Positions 20,997 through 31,423 are shown, numbered from the stretch's first letter. The stretch: 64,000 nucleotides of DNA from Alteromonas sp. KUL49 (GCF_006538345.1 NZ_BJKL01000006.1:127095-191094); one strand, 5' to 3'. The notes: a model not told the origin generated them from the sequence alone. Program-made: numbers and translations.

Positions 20997-21199
20997 AACT
21001 CATCCTTTTTAATTAATCCAACGCTAACTAATTAGAACAGTAATAGTTAGAACACTAATTATATTACGCAGATAAAATGGATTTTTCAAAGTGATGATTT
21101 AGAAAGAGTGAAAAAATTGACGTTGAGGAAGGAATATGTACTCAAATATTTACGAAAAACACATTTGAGTACATTTTATATACAAGATAATTACATTGG

Positions 21200-21679
21200 T
21201 TATTCGGGAGACTTGGTTAGCTCACCAAGGTTGAGTACAGGTGCGGCATCAAGGTGTGACGCACCCAACATATCAGCTATTCTCTCGACGCTAGACATCA
21301 ACTGTAGCTGTTCCCACTCTTGAAGAGCACTGAAACGTTGAATGAAGGTATCTTCTATAGCCTGAGGCGCATTGATCAGTATGGCTTTGCCTTCTTCTGT
21401 TAAGAACAAAGACACGCGACGCTTGTCTTTTTCACTCCTTACTCGCTCTACCACCCCGCGGCTCTCGAGCCTGTCTAGGATATTAGTAACAGTCGCCTGA
21501 CTTAAGTTAACCTCGGTTGCGACCTCTTTTGCGGTAATTCCTTTAACCCGAGCGAGTTCCTGTAAAACCAGTAATTGGGGGCCGGTTACACCGGCCTCTT
21601 TACTTAACTTGCGCGAGCGAATATCAATTGCTCGGATAATTTTTCGTATAGAGACAAAAAGTTGTTCGTGTTTTTCCAT
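21200..21679 (-). CDS. MarR-family transcriptional regulator
   Basis: Winged HTH (…LSQATVTNILDRLESRGVVERVRSEKDKRRV…). Confidence 0.85.
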   Translation of the reverse strand: MEKHEQLFVSIRKIIRAIDIRSRKLSKEAGVTGPQLLVLQELARVKGITAKEVATEVNLSQATVTNILDRLESRGVVERVRSEKDKRRVSLFLTEEGKAILINAPQAIEDTFIQRFSALQEWEQLQLMSSVERIADMLGASHLDAAPVLNLGELTKSPE

Positions 21680-21845
21680 AGCAAGGCCACCGTAAAATCA
21701 TTGGTTGATCGGTGGATTATATGGCGAATTATTATCATCAACAATTAGTTTGAAATGAAAATATTAGTACTCTAATTAAAATTAATTAATACTGAGTATA
21801 TATGCACATAACTATGACGATGTACCTTAACTTAATATTGTCACT

Positions 21846-22292
21846 CTACTCCAACACAAACTCCACCGACGGGTCGACCAAGAACCTATCTCCCATCCCT
21901 TGCCGACCAAAAAGCATTAAGTAAGTCATAGAGGACCTATCTGTGAGCGTAATCTCAATCGGCCAGCGCATATTCGCCATAATAATATCGGTTTCAATGG
22001 TATATCGACGCTCTAAAGTGGCTGTTGAACTCTTCACTCGTTTTTTACTCACAACTTTCGATTCTTTGCGAACCACCTTTGACACATCATGTATATCAGG
22101 ATGCATGGTAAACCTAACCCAGGTTTCATTGTCTTTCTCGAACTCTTCAATGTCATCAACATGCAGTGATGAGGTTGCAGCGCCCGTATCTACGCGCACT
22201 GTCAAATTCTCAATGAGTAACTGTGGTAGGTCACAATGTTCCAATGCACCAATGATGGGTTTATTTTCCATATTACTGGTCCTGCTGAGCAT
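21846..22292 (-). CDS. RimK-associated ATP-dependent zinc protease (DUF785, retropepsin-like)
   Basis: 148 aa, overlapping the upstream AstE/AspA-like gene; this is the conserved rimK-triad arrangement. Confidence 0.6.
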   Translation of the reverse strand: MLSRTSNMENKPIIGALEHCDLPQLLIENLTVRVDTGAATSSLHVDDIEEFEKDNETWVRFTMHPDIHDVSKVVRKESKVVSKKRVKSSTATLERRYTIETDIIMANMRWPIEITLTDRSSMTYLMLFGRQGMGDRFLVDPSVEFVLE

Positions 22293-23310
22293 TTAATTCA
22301 GATGGCACTAGACTGTCTTGAAGCCGTTCGACGTGCTCGGCCACAGCAACAGGTTGTTTAAAGTAGGCAATGTGGTAAATAGCCTCGCCTTCTTGTGCCA
22401 ACGGAATATTTTGTTTTCCGACGACTATGCCTTCTGCGGGGCTGATAACATAATCATGTATTTCACCAAAAGGGTCCGAAATACTCGCGAGCTTATCCCC
22501 CTCGTATACATGGTCGCCTAATTGAGCAATGTGATTAATAAAACCACTCTCAGGGGCTCTCACCCATCCACTCTGATTTGCAATGAACGGTGTAAACTGA
22601 CCTGTGCGTGGACGCTTATTTAACATACCAATGTGCCGCATGACGTTGATGACCCCGCGAACACCAGCTCGAATACTGAATTCATCGTAGCGAAGTGCTT
22701 GCCCTGCTTCATAGAGCAGTATTCTTACGCCAGCTTCACTTGCAGCTCCCCGAAGAGAGCCGTCGCGAATGTCTGAATTTAGCATAACTGGAATACCAAA
22801 GGCTTCAGCGAGTTCTCGAACCACCTCGTCATTAAGATCGCCCCGAATCTGCGGTAAGTTACTTCGATGAATCGCGCCAGTGTGCAGATCGATGCCCACG
22901 TCACACTTGCACACTATTTCATTGAAAAACAGATTAGCTATCCGCCCGGCTAAACTACCTTTTTTACTGCCGGGAAAACTTCTATTTAGGTCTCTTCTGT
23001 CTGGCAAATAACGGGACTGATTTAAAACGCCATAAACATTTACCATTGGCACAGCAATGAGTGTCCCTCTCAGGCGTTGGATAGATTTCGACTTGATTAA
23101 TCGACTGACAATCTCAATACCATTAAGCTCATCACCGTGAATAGCCGCACTTACAAACAGGGTAGGGCCCGGTCTTTTTCCACGTTGCACGTATACGGGA
23201 ATCCCCATACTGGTAGACGTATATAATGGTGGCATCTCAAGTTCAATCTTCTTGAACTCTCCCGGCGCAATATCATGCCCACCTATGGTCAACACAGACG
23301 TTTCCATCAA
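22273..23310 (-). CDS. Succinylglutamate desuccinylase/aspartoacylase (AstE/AspA) family zinc hydrolase
   Basis: [12 protein letters not shown] zinc-binding motif and a 4-bp overlap with rimK. Confidence 0.75.
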   Translation of the reverse strand: MMETSVLTIGGHDIAPGEFKKIELEMPPLYTSTSMGIPVYVQRGKRPGPTLFVSAAIHGDELNGIEIVSRLIKSKSIQRLRGTLIAVPMVNVYGVLNQSRYLPDRRDLNRSFPGSKKGSLAGRIANLFFNEIVCKCDVGIDLHTGAIHRSNLPQIRGDLNDEVVRELAEAFGIPVMLNSDIRDGSLRGAASEAGVRILLYEAGQALRYDEFSIRAGVRGVINVMRHIGMLNKRPRTGQFTPFIANQSGWVRAPESGFINHIAQLGDHVYEGDKLASISDPFGEIHDYVISPAEGIVVGKQNIPLAQEGEAIYHIAYFKQPVAVAEHVERLQDSLVPSELNAQQDQ

Positions 23311-24212
23311 CCTTTTCCTCGTGTTTTGGTGTTGTTCGGTCTTGCTGATTTTTCAATGAATTCGAACACCATGCCAGCTACGTTTTTTCCCGTCGCAGTC
23401 TCTATACCTTCAAGCCCAGGAGATGAATTCACTTCCATGACTACCGGACCATTATTAGAGCGAAGAATATCTACACCACAACAATTCAATCCCATCGTTT
23501 TAGCTGCATCAACGGCGGTTTTGCGCTCTTGTGGTGACAACCTTGTTAAACTCGCCGAACCGCCGCGATGTAAGTTTGAACGAAACTCACCTGGGGCAGC
23601 TTGACGTTTCATTGCCGCGATCACTTTTCCACCGACAACAAAGCATCGAATATCACTTCCGCCCGCTTCTTTTATATATTCTTGAACCAGAATACTTGCG
23701 TTTAACCCCATGAAGGCTTCAATAATTGATTCTGCCGCTTTGTGAGTATCAGCCAATACAACACCGATTCCCTGAGTACCCTCAAGTAGTTTAATAACTA
23801 CGGGAGCGCCACCCACATTCTTGATCAAGTCATCAATTTTATCTGGTGAGTGAGCAAACCCTGTTCTGGGCATCCCGATACCTTTTCTAGATAGTAGTTG
23901 TAATGAACGCAACTTGTCTCGGGAACGACTAATCGCCACAGACTCATTGATGCTATAGGTACCCATCATTTCAAATTGCCTCACTACTGACGTGCCATAG
24001 AAGGTCACTGACGCACCGATACGAGGTATAACCGCATCATAATGTGGTAGCTTTTTGCCATGATAGCGCACTGACGGACTGTTGCTGGTGATATCCATAT
24101 AACAATGCATAGTATCAATAACATCTACTTGATGACCTCTCTCTTGGCCAGCCTCAACAAGACGACGGGTGGAGTAAAGTTTTGGATTTCGGGACAATAT
24201 GGCTACACGCAT
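23307..24212 (-). CDS. rimK: Ribosomal protein S6 L-glutamate ligase (ATP-grasp)
   Basis: [18 protein letters not shown]... with an ATP-grasp fold; 301 aa. Confidence 0.9.
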   Translation of the reverse strand: MRVAILSRNPKLYSTRRLVEAGQERGHQVDVIDTMHCYMDITSNSPSVRYHGKKLPHYDAVIPRIGASVTFYGTSVVRQFEMMGTYSINESVAISRSRDKLRSLQLLSRKGIGMPRTGFAHSPDKIDDLIKNVGGAPVVIKLLEGTQGIGVVLADTHKAAESIIEAFMGLNASILVQEYIKEAGGSDIRCFVVGGKVIAAMKRQAAPGEFRSNLHRGGSASLTRLSPQERKTAVDAAKTMGLNCCGVDILRSNNGPVVMEVNSSPGLEGIETATGKNVAGMVFEFIEKSARPNNTKTRGKG

Positions 24213-24404
24213 TTTAGTTCTCGTAGGGGCGTTATACTCAGTTTAATTGAGCGGTTAAAAGAGTGCGCTATGATGAAGAAATGCACAGTCTTTGCAAACG
24301 ATAACTCTAAATCTAGACGGTATTTTTTTGTTCTTCACGACAATATTTTTTAATTTACTTATTTCGTAAATTCACCGTACATTGCGCGAAATTTATACTG
24401 AGAT

Positions 24405-25400
24405 TTGACAGTCTCATTTCGGATGAAAATAAACATGACACAAGCAACACCAGAAGCCTTGTTATGGCAACTCCAACTTGACCAACAAGGGGGAATTACT
24501 GATGACATTTTACCTTCGCAGGGTTTGCTTCCTCACTGGATTCATATACAAAGTGACGCACCTGGTGCACTGTCTCTAATGCGCTCTATTGGCTTGCCCG
24601 AAAACGTTATTGATGCACTGTGCGCTAACGAAACTCGCCCAAGAGTAGTTTCTACACAACAAGGTACTATGCTGTATCTTCGCGGTATCAACAGAAACCC
24701 CAACGCCGATCCTGAAGACATGGTGTCGCTTCGCTTTTGGATATCTGACAACTTACTCGTTACAGCGCGCAAAAAAGATCGCGCATTGTCATCAGTACAG
24801 GAAGTAAAAAATTTACTGGTATCTAAAGAAGGCCCAACAGATATAGGTGGGGTTATTTGCGCCCTAGTAGAGAAAATTGCCGACGCCATCAACGAAACGG
24901 TAGATGACATCAGTGATGTGTTATCACAGTTTGAAGAAGCTCTTTCAGAAGAAAATACGCCTATCGATCGCCACGAGCTCGCGGGGTTGCGACGAAAGGC
25001 CGCTGCGATTAAGCGTTATCTGGCGCCCCAACGCGATGCATTAGAGGCACTTGTCCGTCATCGAAAATTTATCGACGACGCCCAAACTTTCGACTTGCGA
25101 GAGCAGATAGACAGAATGACTCGATACGTTGAAGACTTAGATTTGGCAAGGGAGCGCGCCGTCGTACTTCACGAAGAGCTCAGAAGCCAAATAGCCGACA
25201 AACAAGGGCTTCGTATGTATGTACTGTCTATGGTGACCGCGATATTTCTCCCCCTGTCTTTTCTTACCGGTGTATTTGGTATGAATGTAGGAGGTCTGCC
25301 AGGTGTGGAAGAGCCAGATGCTTTCTTTTACCTCAGCATGTGTATGTTGGGTTTAGCAATTATCGGTCTAGTTGCCATGATTTGGAAAAAATGGCTGTGA
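24405..25400 (+). CDS. zntB: CorA-family zinc transporter
   Basis: C-terminal ...FLTGVFGMNVGGLPG... plus two TM segments, ZntB-like. Confidence 0.7.
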   Translation: MTVSFRMKINMTQATPEALLWQLQLDQQGGITDDILPSQGLLPHWIHIQSDAPGALSLMRSIGLPENVIDALCANETRPRVVSTQQGTMLYLRGINRNPNADPEDMVSLRFWISDNLLVTARKKDRALSSVQEVKNLLVSKEGPTDIGGVICALVEKIADAINETVDDISDVLSQFEEALSEENTPIDRHELAGLRRKAAAIKRYLAPQRDALEALVRHRKFIDDAQTFDLREQIDRMTRYVEDLDLARERAVVLHEELRSQIADKQGLRMYVLSMVTAIFLPLSFLTGVFGMNVGGLPGVEEPDAFFYLSMCMLGLAIIGLVAMIWKKWL

Positions 25401-25401
25401 T

Positions 25402-26292
25402 TCATTTTCCTAATGTATTCTCAAAATGAACTGGGTCAGCATAAAAGCGAAAGTACTCTTCTAAGGAAGTTTGCTGAGTACTTTTGAGGCATGAAACATA
25501 CAAAGTCAGCGTTGTTGGGACATCACAAGACTGCAGCGCTACCAGCTTTTTGTTTGCAACCAGAGTATTGCCTAAAGACTCGGGTAAGACCAAGCAAGCT
25601 GCATCATTCAAATCCAATAGCTCTAGCGCAAGTGACAAAGATGACGTTTTAAACAACGCCTGTCTACAACGAGGGTTTACGGTTAAAAACTCGCTATTAA
25701 ATTTGTTACTCCAACCAATGTGAATATAATGCTCAAATGGCGTATCTTCAGGCGTGTTAATCGTGCGGTATGCTCTTAACCGAACCTCCCCTAGCGGTAC
25801 GGTATGAATATCGTCAGATTTTAGAGTCTCCAAACTAAACGCCACATCAACAGTTCGCTCCAACAACTGACGAGTGAGTTGTTCAGCACTGAGTACCTCA
25901 CTTCGCAGCGACAAATCGGGTAAGTGTTTATTTGTCGCCTTCATGAGATCTGAAAAGACGATTTGCCAAGCATTGAGAGTACCCGCAAGAGACAGGTGCT
26001 GAACATCCACCTCTTCTAACGCTTTTCTCGCCTCTTGTAGTGTGGACACCATAGACTCAGCGTATGGGAGGAGTTTTTCACCCACACTGGTTAAGCGAAT
26101 ACTGTGACGTTCTCTGATAAAAAGTGGTGCATTAAAGTATTCTTCCAAAAGCTTAATGCGAGCACTGACTGCAGATTGTGTGAGATATAAATTTTCCGCA
26201 GCCCTGCCAAAGTGTTTAGTATTGGCTACTTCAATAAAGGTATTGAGAAAGCGTACATCCATGGAATTTGTCATTATAAAATCGAATTCCAA
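25402..26292 (-). CDS. LysR-family transcriptional regulator
   Basis: HTH FGRAAENLYLTQSAVSARIKLLEE plus a substrate-binding domain. Confidence 0.85.
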   Translation of the reverse strand: MEFDFIMTNSMDVRFLNTFIEVANTKHFGRAAENLYLTQSAVSARIKLLEEYFNAPLFIRERHSIRLTSVGEKLLPYAESMVSTLQEARKALEEVDVQHLSLAGTLNAWQIVFSDLMKATNKHLPDLSLRSEVLSAEQLTRQLLERTVDVAFSLETLKSDDIHTVPLGEVRLRAYRTINTPEDTPFEHYIHIGWSNKFNSEFLTVNPRCRQALFKTSSLSLALELLDLNDAACLVLPESLGNTLVANKKLVALQSCDVPTTLTLYVSCLKSTQQTSLEEYFRFYADPVHFENTLGK

Positions 26293-26342
26293 TAATGACG
26301 CTTTGCCACACCAAGTTTCAAGCTATTTAGCACCAAAATGAC

Positions 26343-26720
26343 TTATTCGTCAGCTTCGTAATCCATTGCGCCTTCTTCTGCCAAATCATTGTCACTGTCG
26401 GCGCCTTTGCATTTGCATTTGCTAAATACGGTGTAGAACCTGCGCGGAGAATTCGTCAATTTGCAGTACTTGAGCCAGGTTTTTTCCACTTTACTCTCTG
26501 GTAGTTTGTCACCTTTTAATACCAGTAAAAAGTGTTTCTCTTCTTCTGTTTCGGGCGCTAATTCTCCTTTGCTCAATCCCATTAAAACAGCACCAAGTGT
26601 AGTAAGTATGTCTGCTTCAGCAATACTATAGTCACCACACTTTCTGAATCCCCTCGGATAATTTTGGTTGTCTAAAAATCGCTTCGAACAACTTCTAAAA
26701 CCCATAGCAGTCATAACCAC
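26343..26720 (-). CDS. maoP: DUF413 protein, homologue of E. coli YifE (MaoP, macrodomain Ori protein)
   Basis: NQNYPRGF...GDYSIAEADIL...PETEEEKHFLLVLKGDKLPESKVEKTWLKYCK aligns along the E. coli YifE sequence as I recall it. Confidence 0.7.
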   Translation of the reverse strand: MVMTAMGFRSCSKRFLDNQNYPRGFRKCGDYSIAEADILTTLGAVLMGLSKGELAPETEEEKHFLLVLKGDKLPESKVEKTWLKYCKLTNSPRRFYTVFSKCKCKGADSDNDLAEEGAMDYEADE

Positions 26721-26875
26721 CTCTAACCCAATAAGATAAATGTGTTGAAAACCCGCTTTTTTTAGCTAATTACGTGTCTATTGAACAACGCAAAAATTTT
26801 GACTCGAAGAATAAAATTTTTGTTTTCTGACTGGTAAAATTGGGATTATATTATCGGGATGTAATATTGGAGATT

Positions 26876-27019
26876 GTGAAAGTGGGAAAAGACTTTAGAC
26901 ATAGTAAAAGTGATTGGGAAGATAATGCTCCCTCGCAAACCTATAAACAAGAGTCTGAGAAACGTAAGCGCAAGCTAGAGCAGCAACGCAAAGCTAAGTT
27001 GCGTTTAACCCCGCCCTAA
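26876..27019 (+). CDS. Possible small Lys/Arg-rich protein (about 45 aa)
   Basis: A GTG start with a GGAGA Shine-Dalgarno sequence 9 nt upstream. The translation is VGKDFRHSKSDWEDNAPSQTYKQESEKRKRKLEQQRKAKLRLTPP. It is not in the ORF track because it is under 60 aa. Confidence 0.3.
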   Translation: MKVGKDFRHSKSDWEDNAPSQTYKQESEKRKRKLEQQRKAKLRLTPP

Positions 27020-27238
27020 ACAGCTCATTACGCTCGTCAAAACACAGATCTCTTAATTTATGCAATAATGTGGCGCCTTTGTGCTAACGCATTACTTCGG
27101 CAATCATTGAGTCATGTTGAATTGGATTGCTTACCACTCAATCTAAAATTTTATGCGTCCTCGGGATTCAGCAACTTTGGTCAAGATCGATAATGAAATA
27201 GTTTCTATCTTTGATTTGCTGAAGAGAGAACGAGTTAT

Positions 27239-28043
27239 ATGACCAGATACCGCGACCAGTTTACAGATGTAGTCAATTACATTGATACAAACCTCGACAG
27301 TGAGCTTGATGTTGAAAAGCTTTGTCGGTTGGCATGCCTTTCAAAGTACCATTTTCACAGACAGTTTTCGTCGCACTTTGGTATGCCAGTGATATCACTT
27401 GCAAGATTACTTCGACTTAAACGAGCTTCCTATCAATTAGCCTACAGGCGTGATACAAAAATTGTTGATATTGCAATGTCGAATGGTTTCGCAAGTCATG
27501 AAGCTTTTTCTCGGGCTTTTAAAAATCATTTTAATAAAAGTCCGTTCCAGTTTAGGAAAAACCCTGATTGGACTCCTTGGCACTCAAAATACGAGCCTGT
27601 TATAAAGCTAAGGACTAAGATTATGAATGATAATTATGATTTTGAAGTGAAGCTGATTGAATTCCCTGAAACATTGATCGCAGTTATGGAGCACCGTGGT
27701 GCACCAAACCTTTTAGGAAAGACAATTCAACAATTCATCGAGTGGAGGAAAATCAACCATCTTCCGCCTAAAAAAACGTAAGACCTTTAATTTGGTTTAT
27801 GATGATCCCGCTGTAATAGCCCCAGAAAATTTCAGATTTGACCTATGTTGTTCCGTTAACGACAAAGTAGCTCCAAATGATTTTGGCATCGTCAACAAGA
27901 CAATACCTAAGGGAAGATGTGCGGTTGTAAGGCACATTGGAAGCGATGAATCTATTGGCATGGCGGTAAGATTCCTCTACTCCACATGGCTTATCAATTC
28001 TGATTTTGAGGTGCGAGACTTTCCATTTTTTTTGAAAGAGTAA
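27239..28043 (+). CDS. AraC-family regulator with a C-terminal GyrI-like effector domain; apparent frameshift in an A7 run at 27770-27776
   Basis: HTH_AraC in ORF 27239..27781; the GyrI-like domain (LVYDDPAVIAPENFRFDLC...) is in ORF 27792..28043. Removing one A gives a continuous ...LPPKKRKTFNLVYDDP... Confidence 0.7.
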
Positions 28044-28162
28044 GTTTTTACCCAGACGTACCAGAGAATGAAATGATTACCGATATTTATTTGCCGATTG
28101 ATTAGGCAAAGCAATACACCTGTTAATTCGGCCTCAATTTGCGGAGTTCTTTGATGTGGTTT

Positions 28163-28190
28163 GCCCTCTTTCTAAGAGGGCTTTACTCAT
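28163..28190 (+). terminator. Rho-independent terminator after the AraC/GyrI gene
   Basis: GCCCTCTT-TCT-AAGAGGGC hairpin followed by TTTACTCATAATTTATTG. Confidence 0.5.
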
Positions 28191-28233
28191 AATTTATTGT
28201 TGTTCCCATCATTAAAGAAGGTTTCAATATTTT

Positions 28234-29055
28234 TTACCAAGTTGTATCTATCACAGCCCTGAACAGCGCATTGAGCACTTCAAAACTCACTTCTCTTGCT
28301 TCATTTCCAGCCGAAAAGGTTTCGAGACGTTCTAGTTCCGAATCGATAAATTGATTTATCACTGGAACTGCAGGCCCATACTCCTTTTCCATGATGACTT
28401 TTTTCTTAGCAAGTAAGCCGGAAATTGCATCGTTTAACACTTCATTTTCCGCAACCAGTGTACGCAACACATCAAACTCGATTGGTGCAGGTTCGTCATA
28501 GGTCTCTAACCATTTGATCGCGAGCAAAGGCCTAAGCACATAAAAATACTTCTTTAGCGGCACTGTATCTTTTTTCAAATAGCCACGAAAATTACCTCTC
28601 GCCATATGCAAATAGTGATAAATCCCCCTATGAGATGAAGCAATCGCAGGTAACAGCGCTCTGGATTTTTCTGCAAAGATGCCCTCGTTAACATAAACGA
28701 TAGGAGATTGAAGCCACTCAACAAACGCTGGATTGGACTTCCAGAAAAGTTTTAGTGCTTTTCGAATATCCCACCCATTGATATCGATTTCATCAACAAT
28801 TGGATATTCAATAACGTCTCGTTTGTTTTCAACATCGACAGCTAAATACCAATCACGCTCGTGTACGTAGATGAACCGAACATCATAATCACTATTGGGA
28901 CTTGCAAATCCCCACGCTCTGCTGCCTGACTCTATTGCATAAAGAACTTTGACTCCGTGCTCTTTTTCTGCAGCTTCGATACGACGCATAACCTCTTCTC
29001 GCACATTTGCATCGATGGCGTTTTCAACATTCACTCTAAACGCTTTATCTTCCAC
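28234..29055 (-). CDS. Pol-beta-superfamily nucleotidyltransferase of the type often linked to RNA-repair operons; last gene of the rtc operon
   Basis: GS-x-D-x-D motif (ESGSRAWGFASPNSDYDVRF). Its start overlaps the rtcA stop by 11 nt. Confidence 0.7.
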   Translation of the reverse strand: MEDKAFRVNVENAIDANVREEVMRRIEAAEKEHGVKVLYAIESGSRAWGFASPNSDYDVRFIYVHERDWYLAVDVENKRDVIEYPIVDEIDINGWDIRKALKLFWKSNPAFVEWLQSPIVYVNEGIFAEKSRALLPAIASSHRGIYHYLHMARGNFRGYLKKDTVPLKKYFYVLRPLLAIKWLETYDEPAPIEFDVLRTLVAENEVLNDAISGLLAKKKVIMEKEYGPAVPVINQFIDSELERLETFSAGNEAREVSFEVLNALFRAVIDTTW

Positions 29056-30094
29056 TTTCCTTACTCACTCTTATTCGCCAACGTCCTTCAGCTTCCTCAT
29101 GCACGTGTACACTGATATCTAGAAACTGCTTAATCACATCAATATTCGTTTTGGTGTGCATACTGAGCTCTGTTGTTGTGAACTCTCCTTCCCCGGCTAA
29201 CGCCATAGGAACCAAGAGTTGATCGGCTAAACGTTCTTCAACGGCAGCACCAACCTTTAAAAACTTTTTAACTCGTCCAGCACAGCGCTTGGCGACCCGC
29301 TCCGATGACACACCCACTTCACCGACTTGTTCAAACACACTGGTGAATACATCACCTTTAATTTTTGCTTGAAAGCTATTCCCTGGCCCATTGGTTTTGT
29401 ATCGCTCTACTTCACCCAGAGCTGCATTCCAGTTCAACGCTTTTCTGGCGGCTGTCACTTCTTTTTGACCAATGGTGTCAGGTAGTTCGCTCATTAGCGC
29501 CTTCAAATAACAATGCTTCTGCTCCTGTTCAAACTCCCTCCCTGGGGTCAGCAATGACATAGCTTTTAGTGTATCGGTCGGCTCAATAGTTAACGTCCAC
29601 TTGCCACCTCCAGCGGGGTAAAACCCAAGAGAAGTGGTCTCTACTTCAGTCTTGACTCCCATGGCATTGAGTACTGCCAAATACGACTCTTTGAAAAAGC
29701 AAAGGGAGGGAGACATACCGTTGTGGGTTCCACCTTCAAAGGTGATTGTTGACGAGCCTTTAGCAAGTGCTAACACCGGAAGTATGGTTTGTGCCACTAA
29801 AACCGTACTTCCGGCGGTACCAATCACAAAATGGTAATCTCCCGTTTTCACTACCCCCGGTGAAAACCTGATGCGTTCCGCCCCTAACTCAACGTCTTCG
29901 GCGCTAGCCTCGCTAATGGCTTGAGCCGCCTTGACTGATGTTAGGTGCTGGCGTAAAAGCCCAGGCCTGTCTCTGTTGGCTCTTATGTTTACCAACTCAA
30001 TAGGTGTTTGTGTTAGCACCGACAAAGTGAGTGCCGTCCTTAGCACTTGTCCGCCACCCTCTCCTTGAGAACCATCAATCACTAAAAAAGACAT
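29045..30094 (-). CDS. rtcA: RNA 3'-terminal phosphate cyclase
   Basis: MSFLVIDGSQGEGGGQVLRTALTLS... and a conserved His-containing region; 349 aa. Confidence 0.9.
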   Translation of the reverse strand: MSFLVIDGSQGEGGGQVLRTALTLSVLTQTPIELVNIRANRDRPGLLRQHLTSVKAAQAISEASAEDVELGAERIRFSPGVVKTGDYHFVIGTAGSTVLVAQTILPVLALAKGSSTITFEGGTHNGMSPSLCFFKESYLAVLNAMGVKTEVETTSLGFYPAGGGKWTLTIEPTDTLKAMSLLTPGREFEQEQKHCYLKALMSELPDTIGQKEVTAARKALNWNAALGEVERYKTNGPGNSFQAKIKGDVFTSVFEQVGEVGVSSERVAKRCAGRVKKFLKVGAAVEERLADQLLVPMALAGEGEFTTTELSMHTKTNIDVIKQFLDISVHVHEEAEGRWRIRVSKESGR

Positions 30095-30102
30095 ATTGCC
30101 TC

Positions 30103-31335
30103 CTACCCCTTAACACACACGACTTGTTTCAATGTGTAAACCACTTCCACTAAGTCTTTTTGCGCATCCATTACTTTCTCAATGTCTTTGTACGCATGTG
30201 GAATTTCATCTATCACTGACTCGTCTTTGCGACATTCCACACCCTGTGTTGCTTCAATTTGGTCTTTCACGCTATACACCTTTTTTGCCTTAGTGCGCGA
30301 CATGACTCTTCCCGCACCGTGGCTACAGCTGTTAAAGCTTTCAGGGTTTCCAAGGCCACGCACAATAAAAGAACGGGCGCCCATACTTCCAGGAATGATC
30401 CCTATTTCATCTTTTTCCGCTCTAACGGCTCCCTTTCGGGTAACGAAACAGTCTTTACCAAAGTGCTTCTCTCGCGAGATATAATTGTGGTGACAATTCA
30501 CCGCCAACTCCGCCGTCGAAAATGGAATAGGGATTTCTTTGCGAAGTGCTGAAATGGCGTTAATCATCATGATTTCGCGATTTTTCTTCGCATAGTCTTG
30601 TGCCCATTCCACAGCTTCAACATAGTCATCAAAATAATCATTTCCTTCAGACAAATAGGCCAAATCCATATCTGGCAAATTGATCTGGTGACGTTCCATT
30701 TCCTTTTTAGCCAGCTCAATGAAGTAAGTACCAATGCGGTTACCTACGCCACGACTACCAGAGTGCAACATGATCCAAACTGCATCATTTTCATCTAAGC
30801 AAAGCTCTAAAAAGTGATTTCCCGTTCCCATGGTACCCAAGTGGTTAACGTGATTACTCTTTCGAATTGCGGGATGCTTTTGGCAAATTTTTTCAAATCT
30901 CGCCTCTAACTTTTTCCACTCTCCTGCAACCACGTCAGGAATGTTTTGCCATGCACCTTTGTCCCTGCCTCTTTGCCCTCGTCTTCCACTTGTTCTTCCA
31001 TGGGGAACCGCGGCTTCGAATGCACTCCTTATACCAAACAGGTTGTCTGGCAACTGGCTTGCAGTAAGAGTGGTTTTGGTGGCTACCATGCCGCAACCTA
31101 TATCTACACCCACAGCAGCGGGGATAACCGCATCAACTGAAGGGATGACGCTACCAATGGTTGCCCCCTTGCCCATATGCACGTCTGGCATTACTGCGAT
31201 ATGCGAATGTACCAATGGCATACTGGCAATATTCTTTAACTGCTCTTGCGCTTGCTCTTCAAAAGGCACGCCTTTGGTCCATGCCTTAATGGTTGCCATT
31301 CCATCGTTTTCTATAACGTTGTAATTCTTACACAT
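30103..31335 (-). CDS. rtcB: RNA-splicing ligase RtcB (3'-phosphate/5'-OH ligase)
   Basis: 410 aa with His- and Cys-rich metal-site motifs typical of RtcB (…MPDVHMGKG…, …GIIPGSMGARSF…, …CSHGAGR…). Confidence 0.95.
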   Translation of the reverse strand: MCKNYNVIENDGMATIKAWTKGVPFEEQAQEQLKNIASMPLVHSHIAVMPDVHMGKGATIGSVIPSVDAVIPAAVGVDIGCGMVATKTTLTASQLPDNLFGIRSAFEAAVPHGRTSGRRGQRGRDKGAWQNIPDVVAGEWKKLEARFEKICQKHPAIRKSNHVNHLGTMGTGNHFLELCLDENDAVWIMLHSGSRGVGNRIGTYFIELAKKEMERHQINLPDMDLAYLSEGNDYFDDYVEAVEWAQDYAKKNREIMMINAISALRKEIPIPFSTAELAVNCHHNYISREKHFGKDCFVTRKGAVRAEKDEIGIIPGSMGARSFIVRGLGNPESFNSCSHGAGRVMSRTKAKKVYSVKDQIEATQGVECRKDESVIDEIPHAYKDIEKVMDAQKDLVEVVYTLKQVVCVKG

Positions 31336-31423
31336 AACGTTTTCCTATATTCTTTCCTTTCAGCAGGGCCACCAATACACAACATGGCAGCCCCGCAGTT
31401 ACTCTTTGCTTTGCGAACCAACG

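Noticed and set aside
21108-21323. A 71-aa plus-strand ORF in the putP / marR intergenic region.
   Set aside because: It overlaps the 3' end of the convincing MarR gene on the other strand, has no RBS and has a low-complexity translation.
27764-27781. The A7 run in the AraC/GyrI gene could be a programmed ribosomal frameshift site.
   Set aside because: The shift required is +1/-2, not the classic -1 on an X_XXY_YYZ heptamer. Four other genes show the same kind of homopolymer lesion, so a sequencing indel is more parsimonious.
30182-31324. Several plus-strand ORFs of 60-130 aa inside rtcB, and similar antisense ORFs inside ssb (34872-35327), uvrA (48261-50989), the DGC gene (44476-44943) and galK (38994-39263).
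   Set aside because: Each lies entirely within a strongly supported gene on the opposite strand and has low-complexity, Ser/Arg/Pro-rich translations typical of antisense frames.
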